DNA of 24,000 nucleotides from Prochlorococcus sp. AG-402-N21. GTDB taxonomy: Bacteria; Cyanobacteriota; Cyanobacteriia; PCC-6307; Cyanobiaceae. Position numbers and translations under genes: made by a program. The notes under the pieces are model-generated. The model was given only the letters and a program-made list of their open reading frames with translations, was not told the origin of the DNA and did not search any database. How positions within the stretch are numbered: position 1 is the stretch's first letter; each line of letters starts with the position of its first letter. Shown here piece by piece: positions 6,852-13,061 of the stretch. The stretch lies in the NCBI GenBank assembly GCA_003216435.1, contig QCIW01000001.1:179007-203006 (forward strand). The letters run 5' to 3'.

Positions 6852-7724
6852 TTAATTCTCCTTTAAAAGAGGATATCCTAAAGCCTCTCTCTCTTTTAGC
6901 CAAGATACTGCAACTTTTCTTGCAAGAGTTCTTATTTTTGAGATTATATTAGTTCTTTCAGTAACAGAAATAACACCTCTAGACTCTAGCAGATTAAATG
7001 TATGACTACACTTTAAAACAAAATCAAGCGCAGGGTAGGGGAGGTCTTTTTCTATTAAATTGTTAGCTTCTGATTCGTAAATAGCAAATAAACTCTTCAA
7101 CTTATCAGGATTAGCTATTTCAAAATTATATTTACATTGTTCTTTCTCAAATTGAAGCCAAATATCCCCATATGTATATTGCCTATTCCATTTAAGATCC
7201 CAAATACTTTCCTTATCTTGAAGGTACATAGCTAATCTCTCTAATCCATAAGTTATTTCTATAGAGACAGGACTACAATCTATACCTCCGCATTGTTGAA
7301 AGTATGTAAATTGAGTAACTTCCATTCCATCAAGCCAAACTTCCCAACCAACACCCCATGCACCAAGAGTAGGTGATTCCCAGTTGTCCTCAACAAATCT
7401 AATATCATGATCTTTTTGAGAAATACCAATTTTCTCTAGAGATGATAGATATTTTTCTTGAATATCATTTGGAGAAGGTTTAATAATTACTTGATACTGA
7501 AAATAATGCTGAGCCCTATTTGGATTGTCCCCATATCTTCCATCAGTAGGTCTTCTGCAAGGCTCTGAATAAGCGACGGACCAAGGCTCTGGCCCCAAAG
7601 CCCTAAGAACTGTATGCGGACTCATTGTCCCTGCACCCTTCTCAGTGTCATAAGGCTGCAAGATTAAACAACCTTCATTACTCCAAAATGAATTAAGAGT
7701 TGAAATTATGTCCTGAAAATACAT
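6852..7724 (-). CDS. glyQ: Glycine--tRNA ligase alpha subunit
   Basis: [36 protein letters not shown]..., [28 protein letters not shown]: unmistakable GlyQ. ATG 7724 is preferred; the 17-aa upstream extension in the track is unlikely. Confidence 0.95.
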   Translation of the reverse strand: MYFQDIISTLNSFWSNEGCLILQPYDTEKGAGTMSPHTVLRALGPEPWSVAYSEPCRRPTDGRYGDNPNRAQHYFQYQVIIKPSPNDIQEKYLSSLEKIGISQKDHDIRFVEDNWESPTLGAWGVGWEVWLDGMEVTQFTYFQQCGGIDCSPVSIEITYGLERLAMYLQDKESIWDLKWNRQYTYGDIWLQFEKEQCKYNFEIANPDKLKSLFAIYESEANNLIEKDLPYPALDFVLKCSHTFNLLESRGVISVTERTNIISKIRTLARKVAVSWLKEREALGYPLLKEN

Positions 7725-7829
7725 ATGTCCTGCAATAACTGGGGAAGGGAGTGTGGTTGGGGAAAAGGAATACAACTGACTATGTTATCGATCGTTTTAA
7801 ACGATTCCCAACATATTTAAAGGTTGTTG

Positions 7830-7844
7830 AGATAATTATTATCT
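7830..7844. promoter_or_regulatory. Fur-box-like perfect 7-1-7 palindrome AGATAAT-T-ATTATCT
   Basis: Matches the classical Fur 7-1-7 core (tGATAAT-n-ATTATCa) at 6 of 7 positions per half-site. A second GATAATTATC palindrome lies at 7904-7913, and GATGATAAAT at about 7863. All lie in the long spacer next to the iron-stress genes. Confidence 0.4.
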
Positions 7845-8245
7845 AAATTAGGAACTATTGCGATGATAAATGGATGAACAAAAAAATATTTACTCAATAC
7901 AAAGATAATTATCAGACTAGCAAATCCAAATCTATATACTAAATTTATGTTTAAACTCGAACGCTAAATCGAAAGGAAACAGAACATACTATCTAGGATG
8001 ATTCAGAAAAAGGCTTATTATGTAAAGAATAAAAGAATTTAAGTAGAGTTTAAACTTTGCGAAGTTTGATTTGTGACTTTGATTTAATATAATTAAAACT
8101 CTTCCAAAATATTATTTGCAGAAGACATGGAAATTGAAATAATTTATATGGGAAATACTGCTGGACAAAAATATAGAATTTCTTTTATGAATTGATATAA
8201 AACAAATAAAAAGATATACTTTAGAAACTCTATGTCAAAAATGTT

Positions 8246-8506
8246 TTGAGAAAAATAATAACCTCAATTACAATTTGCATCTTTTTTTTATTTATTCTTG
8301 CACCCTTCTCAAAAATAGCTCTAGCAGGGTTCCCTTCGATGTATGAAAAAGATCTCAATATAGAAATTGACACTGAAAATACTAAAAACCAGTCAAGTAT
8401 AGATCAATTATTAGGTCCAGAAGATAATTTTCCTTTTTTGCCAGATAATCATCGAGACAACTCCAATCCAATTGGACGTATAGGAAGAATTAGATCTTCC
8501 AATTGA
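8246..8506 (+). CDS. Small secreted hypothetical protein (LGxxxxFPF motif)
   Basis: 86 aa from a TTG start. Signal peptide ITICIFFLFILAPFSKIALA, acidic/polar body, then ...LLGPEDNFPFLPDN... No recognisable family. Confidence 0.45.
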   Translation: MRKIITSITICIFFLFILAPFSKIALAGFPSMYEKDLNIEIDTENTKNQSSIDQLLGPEDNFPFLPDNHRDNSNPIGRIGRIRSSN

Positions 8507-8529
8507 CTCTTTATGAAACATAATGATTT

Positions 8530-8820
8530 TTAGAAATCTTCATTAGAGCCCAATCCAGCAACGAAAGGAAAAACTTGATCATCACCTAAATCAGGGTATT
8601 TGCTTCCTTTTCTTTGATCTTCTTCAGGCTTTATTTTAGTTGATATATTTTCCTTATCATCTGCTGAAGTTATAACAATTCCAAGAGGGTTATTTCCATC
8701 ATCTCCGCTATTGCTTGAATCATCTATTCCATAGGAAGTAATAGGCCCTAAAAAGATCAAGAGTATAAAAACTATCGGCAGTAACAAAACAATTGATGAT
8801 CTATATACAAATTTCAGCAT
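8530..8820 (-). CDS. Small secreted/anchored hypothetical protein (LGxxxxFPF motif)
   Basis: 96 aa. N-terminal hydrophobic segment SSIVLLLPIVFILLIFLGPI, acidic body, then ...DLGDDQVFPFVAGLGSNEDF. Convergent with the 8246-8506 ORF. Confidence 0.5.
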   Translation of the reverse strand: MLKFVYRSSIVLLLPIVFILLIFLGPITSYGIDDSSNSGDDGNNPLGIVITSADDKENISTKIKPEEDQRKGSKYPDLGDDQVFPFVAGLGSNEDF

Positions 8821-8879
8821 TGAAAATCTTGAATTTAGATCTTAATCTAGATCAATTTTTCAATAGTGGCTTGAATCTA

Positions 8880-9080
8880 TTACGAGAATATACTCTGTAA
8901 TAATAAAGTAATTAAAATTCCTTTAAAAAAAACCACCCAAAGCAACGCATAATCTGTTAAGCCAAGTTTCTTCTGATACCAGGAGATAAGTTTCTTATGG
9001 TTTTCAATTGCATTCATTTGAAAATAAAAATTCTTGTCATACCATTGATAACCTAAAAGGAGATTAATCGCTATGAGCAC
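8880..9080 (-). CDS. Small hypothetical membrane protein
   Basis: 66-aa ORF with a C-terminal TM segment (YALLWVVFFKGILITLLLQSIF). The start is uncertain; an internal MNAIENH... is possible. Confidence 0.3.
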   Translation of the reverse strand: MLIAINLLLGYQWYDKNFYFQMNAIENHKKLISWYQKKLGLTDYALLWVVFFKGILITLLLQSIFS

Positions 9081-9387
9081 AATCTCAAGAGATCTGACTG
9101 TTATATGAAATTATTAATTAAAGTTTAAAAGATTTAAACAGAAAAATTTAATCCATTCATTTAACTCTGTATCCAAATAATTATCTAATGGTACCTTTAA
9201 CCTTTTAATCGTATCGACTTTTAGAAAAATAGGCTTGCTTCGAAAACGTTCCTCAGAAGTTGTGATTTATAAGTATCGGGCTCAGGCTATAGGAGTTTCA
9301 ATAGAGCTATAGGTTGCACTCAAAACAACGAGATCTTGCAAAAATTTTAAAAAGACATATTATTGTACTGATTTATACATTAAAAAG

Positions 9388-9633
9388 TTGACGGCAAAAT
9401 CAAAAACCCGAGTAAACTGTCCATGGGATGCCTTGGAAGGCAGCAAAAAGTCTAAAAAAGAAGCTTGGACATTGAAGAAAGGCAAAGAAGCAATCACTTT
9501 TACAAAAAGTAAAATGGATAATAATTTTTTCTTAACTCAAAAAGATAACGATAGGAAACTTTCTCTTCAATCATTCCAAGCTCGCTGCACCTTTCATCAA
9601 CTTATCGAAAAAGGCTATAAACTCCAAAAATGA
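9388..9633 (+). CDS. Small basic hypothetical protein
   Basis: 81 aa from a TTG start, no TM segment. The size and C-terminal ...FHQLIEKGYKLQK are reminiscent of roughly 80-aa picocyanobacteria-specific families, but I cannot verify this. Confidence 0.3.
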   Translation: MTAKSKTRVNCPWDALEGSKKSKKEAWTLKKGKEAITFTKSKMDNNFFLTQKDNDRKLSLQSFQARCTFHQLIEKGYKLQK

Positions 9634-9672
9634 ACAGTTATTATCTAACCTCCCTATAGATAATTTAATCCA

Positions 9673-9701
9673 TGAATAATATATGAGATATATATTATTC
9701 A
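9673..9701. terminator. AT-only 12-bp hairpin between convergent ORFs (possible bidirectional terminator)
   Basis: TGAATAATATAT-GAGAT-ATATATTATTCA: perfect 12-bp arms and a 5-nt loop, located between the stops at 9633 (+) and 9723 (-). Confidence 0.35.
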
Positions 9702-9722
9702 TTAGCCCTTATAATAAGAATA

Positions 9723-9992
9723 TCAATAGATCATTAGATAATATAATAAAACTCCTAATATAATTAATAAAAGTGGCAATGCAAATGTAGATAAAATCTC
9801 AAAAATCCCTTGATCTAAGTTTGAAAAAATTTTGATAGCCAGGAACAAACTGATAGGAAGCAAAACCAAAAATTTAATGAATGTTTGATCTTGTTTATTT
9901 TGATTTGCTAAATCTATTTCTTCTTCTCTTAAAATCACAATTTTCTCTTCCAAGGGTTTATCCTCAAATTTATTCATAATTGACTTCTCCAT
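9723..9992 (-). CDS. Small hypothetical membrane protein (2 TM)
   Basis: 89 aa. Charged N-terminus (EEKIVILREEEIDLANQNK), then two hydrophobic helices (FLVLLPISLFLAIKIF; FALPLLLIILGVLLYYLMI). Confidence 0.4.
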   Translation of the reverse strand: MEKSIMNKFEDKPLEEKIVILREEEIDLANQNKQDQTFIKFLVLLPISLFLAIKIFSNLDQGIFEILSTFALPLLLIILGVLLYYLMIY

Positions 9993-10207
9993 TTCTGAAT
10001 AATCTGTATCAATCTAAAGCAGTAACCAAAAAAAAATAGCTTCATGTATATATTTCAATCCTCGATAAAGTTATCGATATATGTCAAATACAAACTTTAC
10101 CGTCAAATAGAACCAAAAAAAGTTAATTATTGTTTTGAAGATTGGAATAAAATAATTATTAAAACTTTTCGGTAGTATATTAATAGTATAAAATATCACC
10201 TATAACA

Positions 10208-10321
10208 ATGTCATCCGAAGAAATCCAACTAATTGGTAATTCCCTTGCAGCTCATCCTCCTCTTATAATAGGAGCTCTTTGTGTTTTCATGTATATACGA
10301 CGTCGTTTCCTAACTAATTAA
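10208..10321 (+). CDS. Candidate 37-aa single-TM peptide (below the ORF-track cut-off)
   Basis: Own translation: MSSEEIQLIGNSLAAHPPLIIGALCVFMYIRRRFLTN*. One TM helix followed by RRR. TATAAAAT-like -10 element about 20 nt upstream. Confidence 0.3.
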   Translation: MSSEEIQLIGNSLAAHPPLIIGALCVFMYIRRRFLTN

Positions 10322-10354
10322 TTAAAAATAATTAGCTTAATTAATATTAAGAAA

Positions 10355-10900
10355 TCATCCAAATGGATTAGTTCCTTTTAAGGGGCCTACAAATAGGAAT
10401 TCCATAAAAGCTCCGGTTATAGCCATTGGGAAAACCCAAATAGACATAAACCTAAATCCAAAGAATCTCATTTTCTCGTTTCCCTCGAAAACATTTTTGG
10501 TTGATGTATAAACGGTTTCAGTTCCTTTTATTGAATAATTTTCTTTATTAGTATTATCATATGGCTGAATAATTTCTTTAGCTTTTCTGGAGGTAAACCT
10601 TCTTATAGTATTTATAGCTACAATTGGTAAAACCCAAAGAGCAAAGTCTCTCTGGCTAATATTTTTTCTAAATCCATCCTTGTTAGGAATAGCGCTACCG
10701 ATTAAAGAATATACATACTCGGGTTCATTCATTCTCTTAATTTCTTCTTTTTTTTCTATCGTTTTATTTACTACTCTATCTTCTGTTTCTAGAGTAACTG
10801 AAGAAGTATCAGCTCTATTTTCAACTTTATCGTTAGATTCGATATTTAAAGTCTGATCTTCTGATTCGTTGGATTCGATATTTAAATTTTGATCTTCCAT
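10355..10900 (-). CDS. Hypothetical membrane protein with N-terminal 12-aa tandem repeat
   Basis: 181 aa. N-terminus EDQNLNIESNES/EDQTLNIESNDK, acidic region, then two hydrophobic segments (FALWVLPIVAINTI; FMSIWVFPMAITGAFMEFLFVGPL). No recognisable family. Confidence 0.5.
   Translation of the reverse strand: MEDQNLNIESNESEDQTLNIESNDKVENRADTSSVTLETEDRVVNKTIEKKEEIKRMNEPEYVYSLIGSAIPNKDGFRKNISQRDFALWVLPIVAINTIRRFTSRKAKEIIQPYDNTNKENYSIKGTETVYTSTKNVFEGNEKMRFFGFRFMSIWVFPMAITGAFMEFLFVGPLKGTNPFG
10826..10897 (-). repeat. Tandem 36-bp duplication inside the CDS (2 copies, about 80% identical)
   Basis: Minus strand: GAAGATCAAAATTTAAATATCGAATCCAACGAATCA / GAAGATCAGACTTTAAATATCGAATCTAACGATAAA. Confidence 0.9.
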
Positions 10901-11009
10901 GAAGAATGAATATTCTATAAAAAATTATAGGAAACAAAAATCTATTTAATCCAAATGAAATTGAATTGTATAAATTTTATATATGAAATTTTAATAACTC
11001 TAGGAATTC

Positions 11010-11309
11010 CTAAGCGTTGATTACTCCTCTACGAATGAATTGCATCGCAAAAATGGCACCTAAGAAGAAAACTGTTGGTATTCCTAAAGCGTTAACTGCC
11101 AATGTTCTGACTGTAAAAACTGGGTAACCACCTTCTGGGCGGCCTTTAGTAGCTACGATCGCTGTATCTTCCCAAACTTGTTGATTTTGAACTGTTGGGC
11201 GACCATCCCATACAAAGACACCCCATTTGCGGAGCCAAAAATCTGTAAAGGCTACAGAAAATATAATGGGCACAAGAACAAGTAAAAGTCTGAGATCCAT
11301 CAAAGGCAC
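11010..11309 (-). CDS. Conserved-looking two-TM membrane protein, function unknown
   Basis: 99 aa. TM1 [19 protein letters not shown], loop ...[36 protein letters not shown]..., TM2 [19 protein letters not shown]+C and codon usage look like the core genes. I could not place it in a named family. Confidence 0.55.
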   Translation of the reverse strand: MPLMDLRLLLVLVPIIFSVAFTDFWLRKWGVFVWDGRPTVQNQQVWEDTAIVATKGRPEGGYPVFTVRTLAVNALGIPTVFFLGAIFAMQFIRRGVINA

Positions 11310-11478
11310 AAAATTTGTCTCCCAATATTTGCACCGATAAGGCCGAAAAAGCCATTTACATTAATCTGGATTACTAATCTGTAACAGATCTTATTCTGAG
11401 CCGTATTATTTGCGTCAATTCGAAGGTCTATGAATTACATCTGTTAAGCTGCAAAAACTGCATTAGGCAGGTTTATTT

Positions 11479-11877
11479 ATGGAATTTGGATTTAAAGAAC
11501 TCCTCTTTGGGGTTGCAGGTACAACCATGATTGCTTGGGTAGCCGTTATTGGTTTATGGCATACCTACATGTTCCCAAGGTTTTTCAATGAAGATGATTC
11601 AAGAAACGTAGGTTCTCTTAAAACGAACATGCCTTTATCTATAGCCAACGAAAATGGTTCGGAGCTAGATAAAGGTGAAGTCAGGCCATCAACTCAATCT
11701 ATTGGGCTAATTAATAGAAGCAAGTATTCAAGAAAATCAATTGTTCTTGCAGACTTCAATCCAATAGAATCTGATTATTCTGTTAATAGGCTTTATACAA
11801 TTATCTTGCTCGCTCTAGGTATTTCTTCTTTTGTATTAATTACCTATGGTTTGCAAAGTGGTTTTAGCTTGATCTAA
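11479..11877 (+). CDS. Hypothetical membrane protein (N- and C-terminal TM helices)
   Basis: 132 aa. TM LLFGVAGTTMIAWVAVIGLW near the N-terminus and LYTIILLALGISSFVLITYGL near the C-terminus. No recognisable family. Confidence 0.45.
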   Translation: MEFGFKELLFGVAGTTMIAWVAVIGLWHTYMFPRFFNEDDSRNVGSLKTNMPLSIANENGSELDKGEVRPSTQSIGLINRSKYSRKSIVLADFNPIESDYSVNRLYTIILLALGISSFVLITYGLQSGFSLI

Positions 11878-12108
11878 ATATCAACCAACAAAATTAATAT
11901 ATTAATTTTAAGTAAATTAAATAAATTTTTATATTTAAATAAGTTAAGTCTTCTAAATAATTAGGTTGTTTATTTATTAACAAGCTTGATTTAGACGCGC
12001 TTATTAAAAATTGAAACTAAGAGTTGTATAAAAAAATAGGCTAAAGAAGATAATCCTCCTCTAATTGCTCAAAACTGCATTAAGATAATTCAGATTTTCA
12101 AACCCTCC

Positions 12109-12630
12109 ATGACAGTAGGAATCTACTTTGCTACAACAACTGGTAAAACCGAGGATATAGCTGAGCGACTTCACGGCTTACTAGGAGCTGCTGAAGCTCC
12201 AAAAGATATTTCCGATGTTGATGACCTAAGTGAATTCAGCGGACATGATGGAATTATTTGTGGAATTCCAACATGGAACACTGGAGCAGATTCTGAAAGA
12301 TCAGGTACTGCTTGGGATTCAATTCTTGAAGACATTGGCGACCTAGATCTTAATGGAAAAAAAGTAGCTATTTTTGGCCTAGGTGATTCTTCTACCTACA
12401 CAGAAAATTACTGTGATGCAATGGAAGAGCTTCATAGATATTTCCAACAAGCAGGTGCTTCGATGGTTGGATACGTAAGTAAATCTGATTACACCTTTGA
12501 TGAGTCGAAAAGTGTCGTCGGTGAGCAATTCTGTGGCCTTCCACTAGATGAAGATAGTGAATCAGATATGACTGACTCACGCATTGCAAGCTGGGCTGAC
12601 AAGTTAAAGCAAGAGATCCCTGGTCTTTAG
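12109..12630 (+). CDS. isiB: Flavodoxin (long-chain, iron-stress type)
   Basis: 173 aa. FMN phosphate loop YFATTTGKTE, then GIPTWNTG, FGLGDSSTY.ENYCDA, FCGLPLDEDS: classical IsiB. Confidence 0.95.
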   Translation: MTVGIYFATTTGKTEDIAERLHGLLGAAEAPKDISDVDDLSEFSGHDGIICGIPTWNTGADSERSGTAWDSILEDIGDLDLNGKKVAIFGLGDSSTYTENYCDAMEELHRYFQQAGASMVGYVSKSDYTFDESKSVVGEQFCGLPLDEDSESDMTDSRIASWADKLKQEIPGL

Positions 12631-12636
12631 ATCAAT

Positions 12637-12660
12637 AAGCTATTAGTAATTAGCTTTTTT
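12637..12660 (+). terminator. Candidate intrinsic terminator of isiB
   Basis: AAGCTA-TTAGTAAT-TAGCTT followed by TTTT, starting 7 nt after the stop. The stem is short (6 bp). Confidence 0.45.
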
Positions 12661-12696
12661 CAAAATTACTCAGTCTAAAAACTCATAACAAGGATC

Positions 12697-12744
12697 ATGA
12701 AATGTTCCCTGGAGGCTCATTACTTCCTCCAGGGAACATTTCAT
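12697..12744. other. 19-bp perfect inverted repeat / strong hairpin (10-nt spacer)
   Basis: ATGAAATGTTCCCTGGAGG-CTCATTACTT-CCTCCAGGGAACATTTCAT. Lies between the isiB terminator and the ATG at 12795. A third partial copy, TTCCCTGGTGG, is at 12807-12817. Confidence 0.9.
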
Positions 12745-12794
12745 ATTATTGGGAAATCAAGACAATTGTCCCGCAAGGTCTTAAGATTTTCTTT

Positions 12795-13034
12795 ATGAAT
12801 GACACTTTCCCTGGTGGAGACGAAAGGGTTTACCCCGTAACCATTTCCGTAAAAGCTGGTACTGTAAGGCTTTTATCAGAAATGGCTAGCGATATGGGCA
12901 TTAGTATTGAGGATATTCTTAGTGTGTTAGCTGAAGATGCTGCAATAGATCTTGAACATGACTTTTTAGACCTAAGCAATACAAGAATCCCTGACAAATG
13001 TAGTACGGAAGATCTCTTGAAAGCTCTTCAATAA
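12795..13034 (+). CDS. Small acidic hypothetical protein, possibly ribbon-helix-helix-like
   Basis: 79 aa from ATG 12795 (MNDTFPGGDERVYPVTISVKAGTVRLLSEMASDMGISIEDILSVLAEDA...). The strand-helix-helix pattern resembles CopG/Arc-type RHH. The 31-aa extension in the track (start 12702) is made of the hairpin arms and is unlikely to be real. Confidence 0.5.
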   Translation: MNDTFPGGDERVYPVTISVKAGTVRLLSEMASDMGISIEDILSVLAEDAAIDLEHDFLDLSNTRIPDKCSTEDLLKALQ

Positions 13035-13061
13035 CTTTAGGGTATTTAGTTAATACAATAT

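Noticed and set aside
9286-9313. Direct repeat GCTATAGG twice, 20 bp apart, in the 9081-9387 spacer.
   Set aside because: It is only an 8-mer with two copies, well within chance expectation, and has no associated ORF or structure.
11146-11355. 69-aa minus-strand ORF overlapping the 99-aa membrane-protein gene in another frame.
   Set aside because: The 99-aa frame gives two clean TM helices and a conserved-looking loop, whereas this frame gives a Cys/Ser-rich nonsense-like peptide.
11890-11909. Perfect 20-bp palindrome AAAATTAATATATTAATTTT right after the 132-aa ORF.
   Set aside because: It is composed only of A and T. Such palindromes are expected in AT-rich spacers, and the hairpin would be very weak. 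It may be a weak terminator but is not convincing.
11454-12082. The shared 12-mer AAAACTGCATTA just upstream of both the 132-aa ORF (11454-11465) and isiB (12071-12082), as a common regulatory motif.
   Set aside because: A single 12-mer recurrence in 24 kb of AT-rich DNA is expected by chance; my rough estimate is more than ten such pairs. The spacing to the two ATGs also differs (13 versus 26 nt).
12048-12089. Two AAGATAAT motifs (12048-12054 region and 12083-12089 region) upstream of isiB as Fur boxes.
   Set aside because: My rough estimate is that the heptamer AGATAAT should occur about ten times per 24 kb at this composition. It does also occur inside CDSs (for example near 330, 8422 and 8443). 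Without a palindromic partner this is weak evidence, although Fur control of isiB remains plausible.
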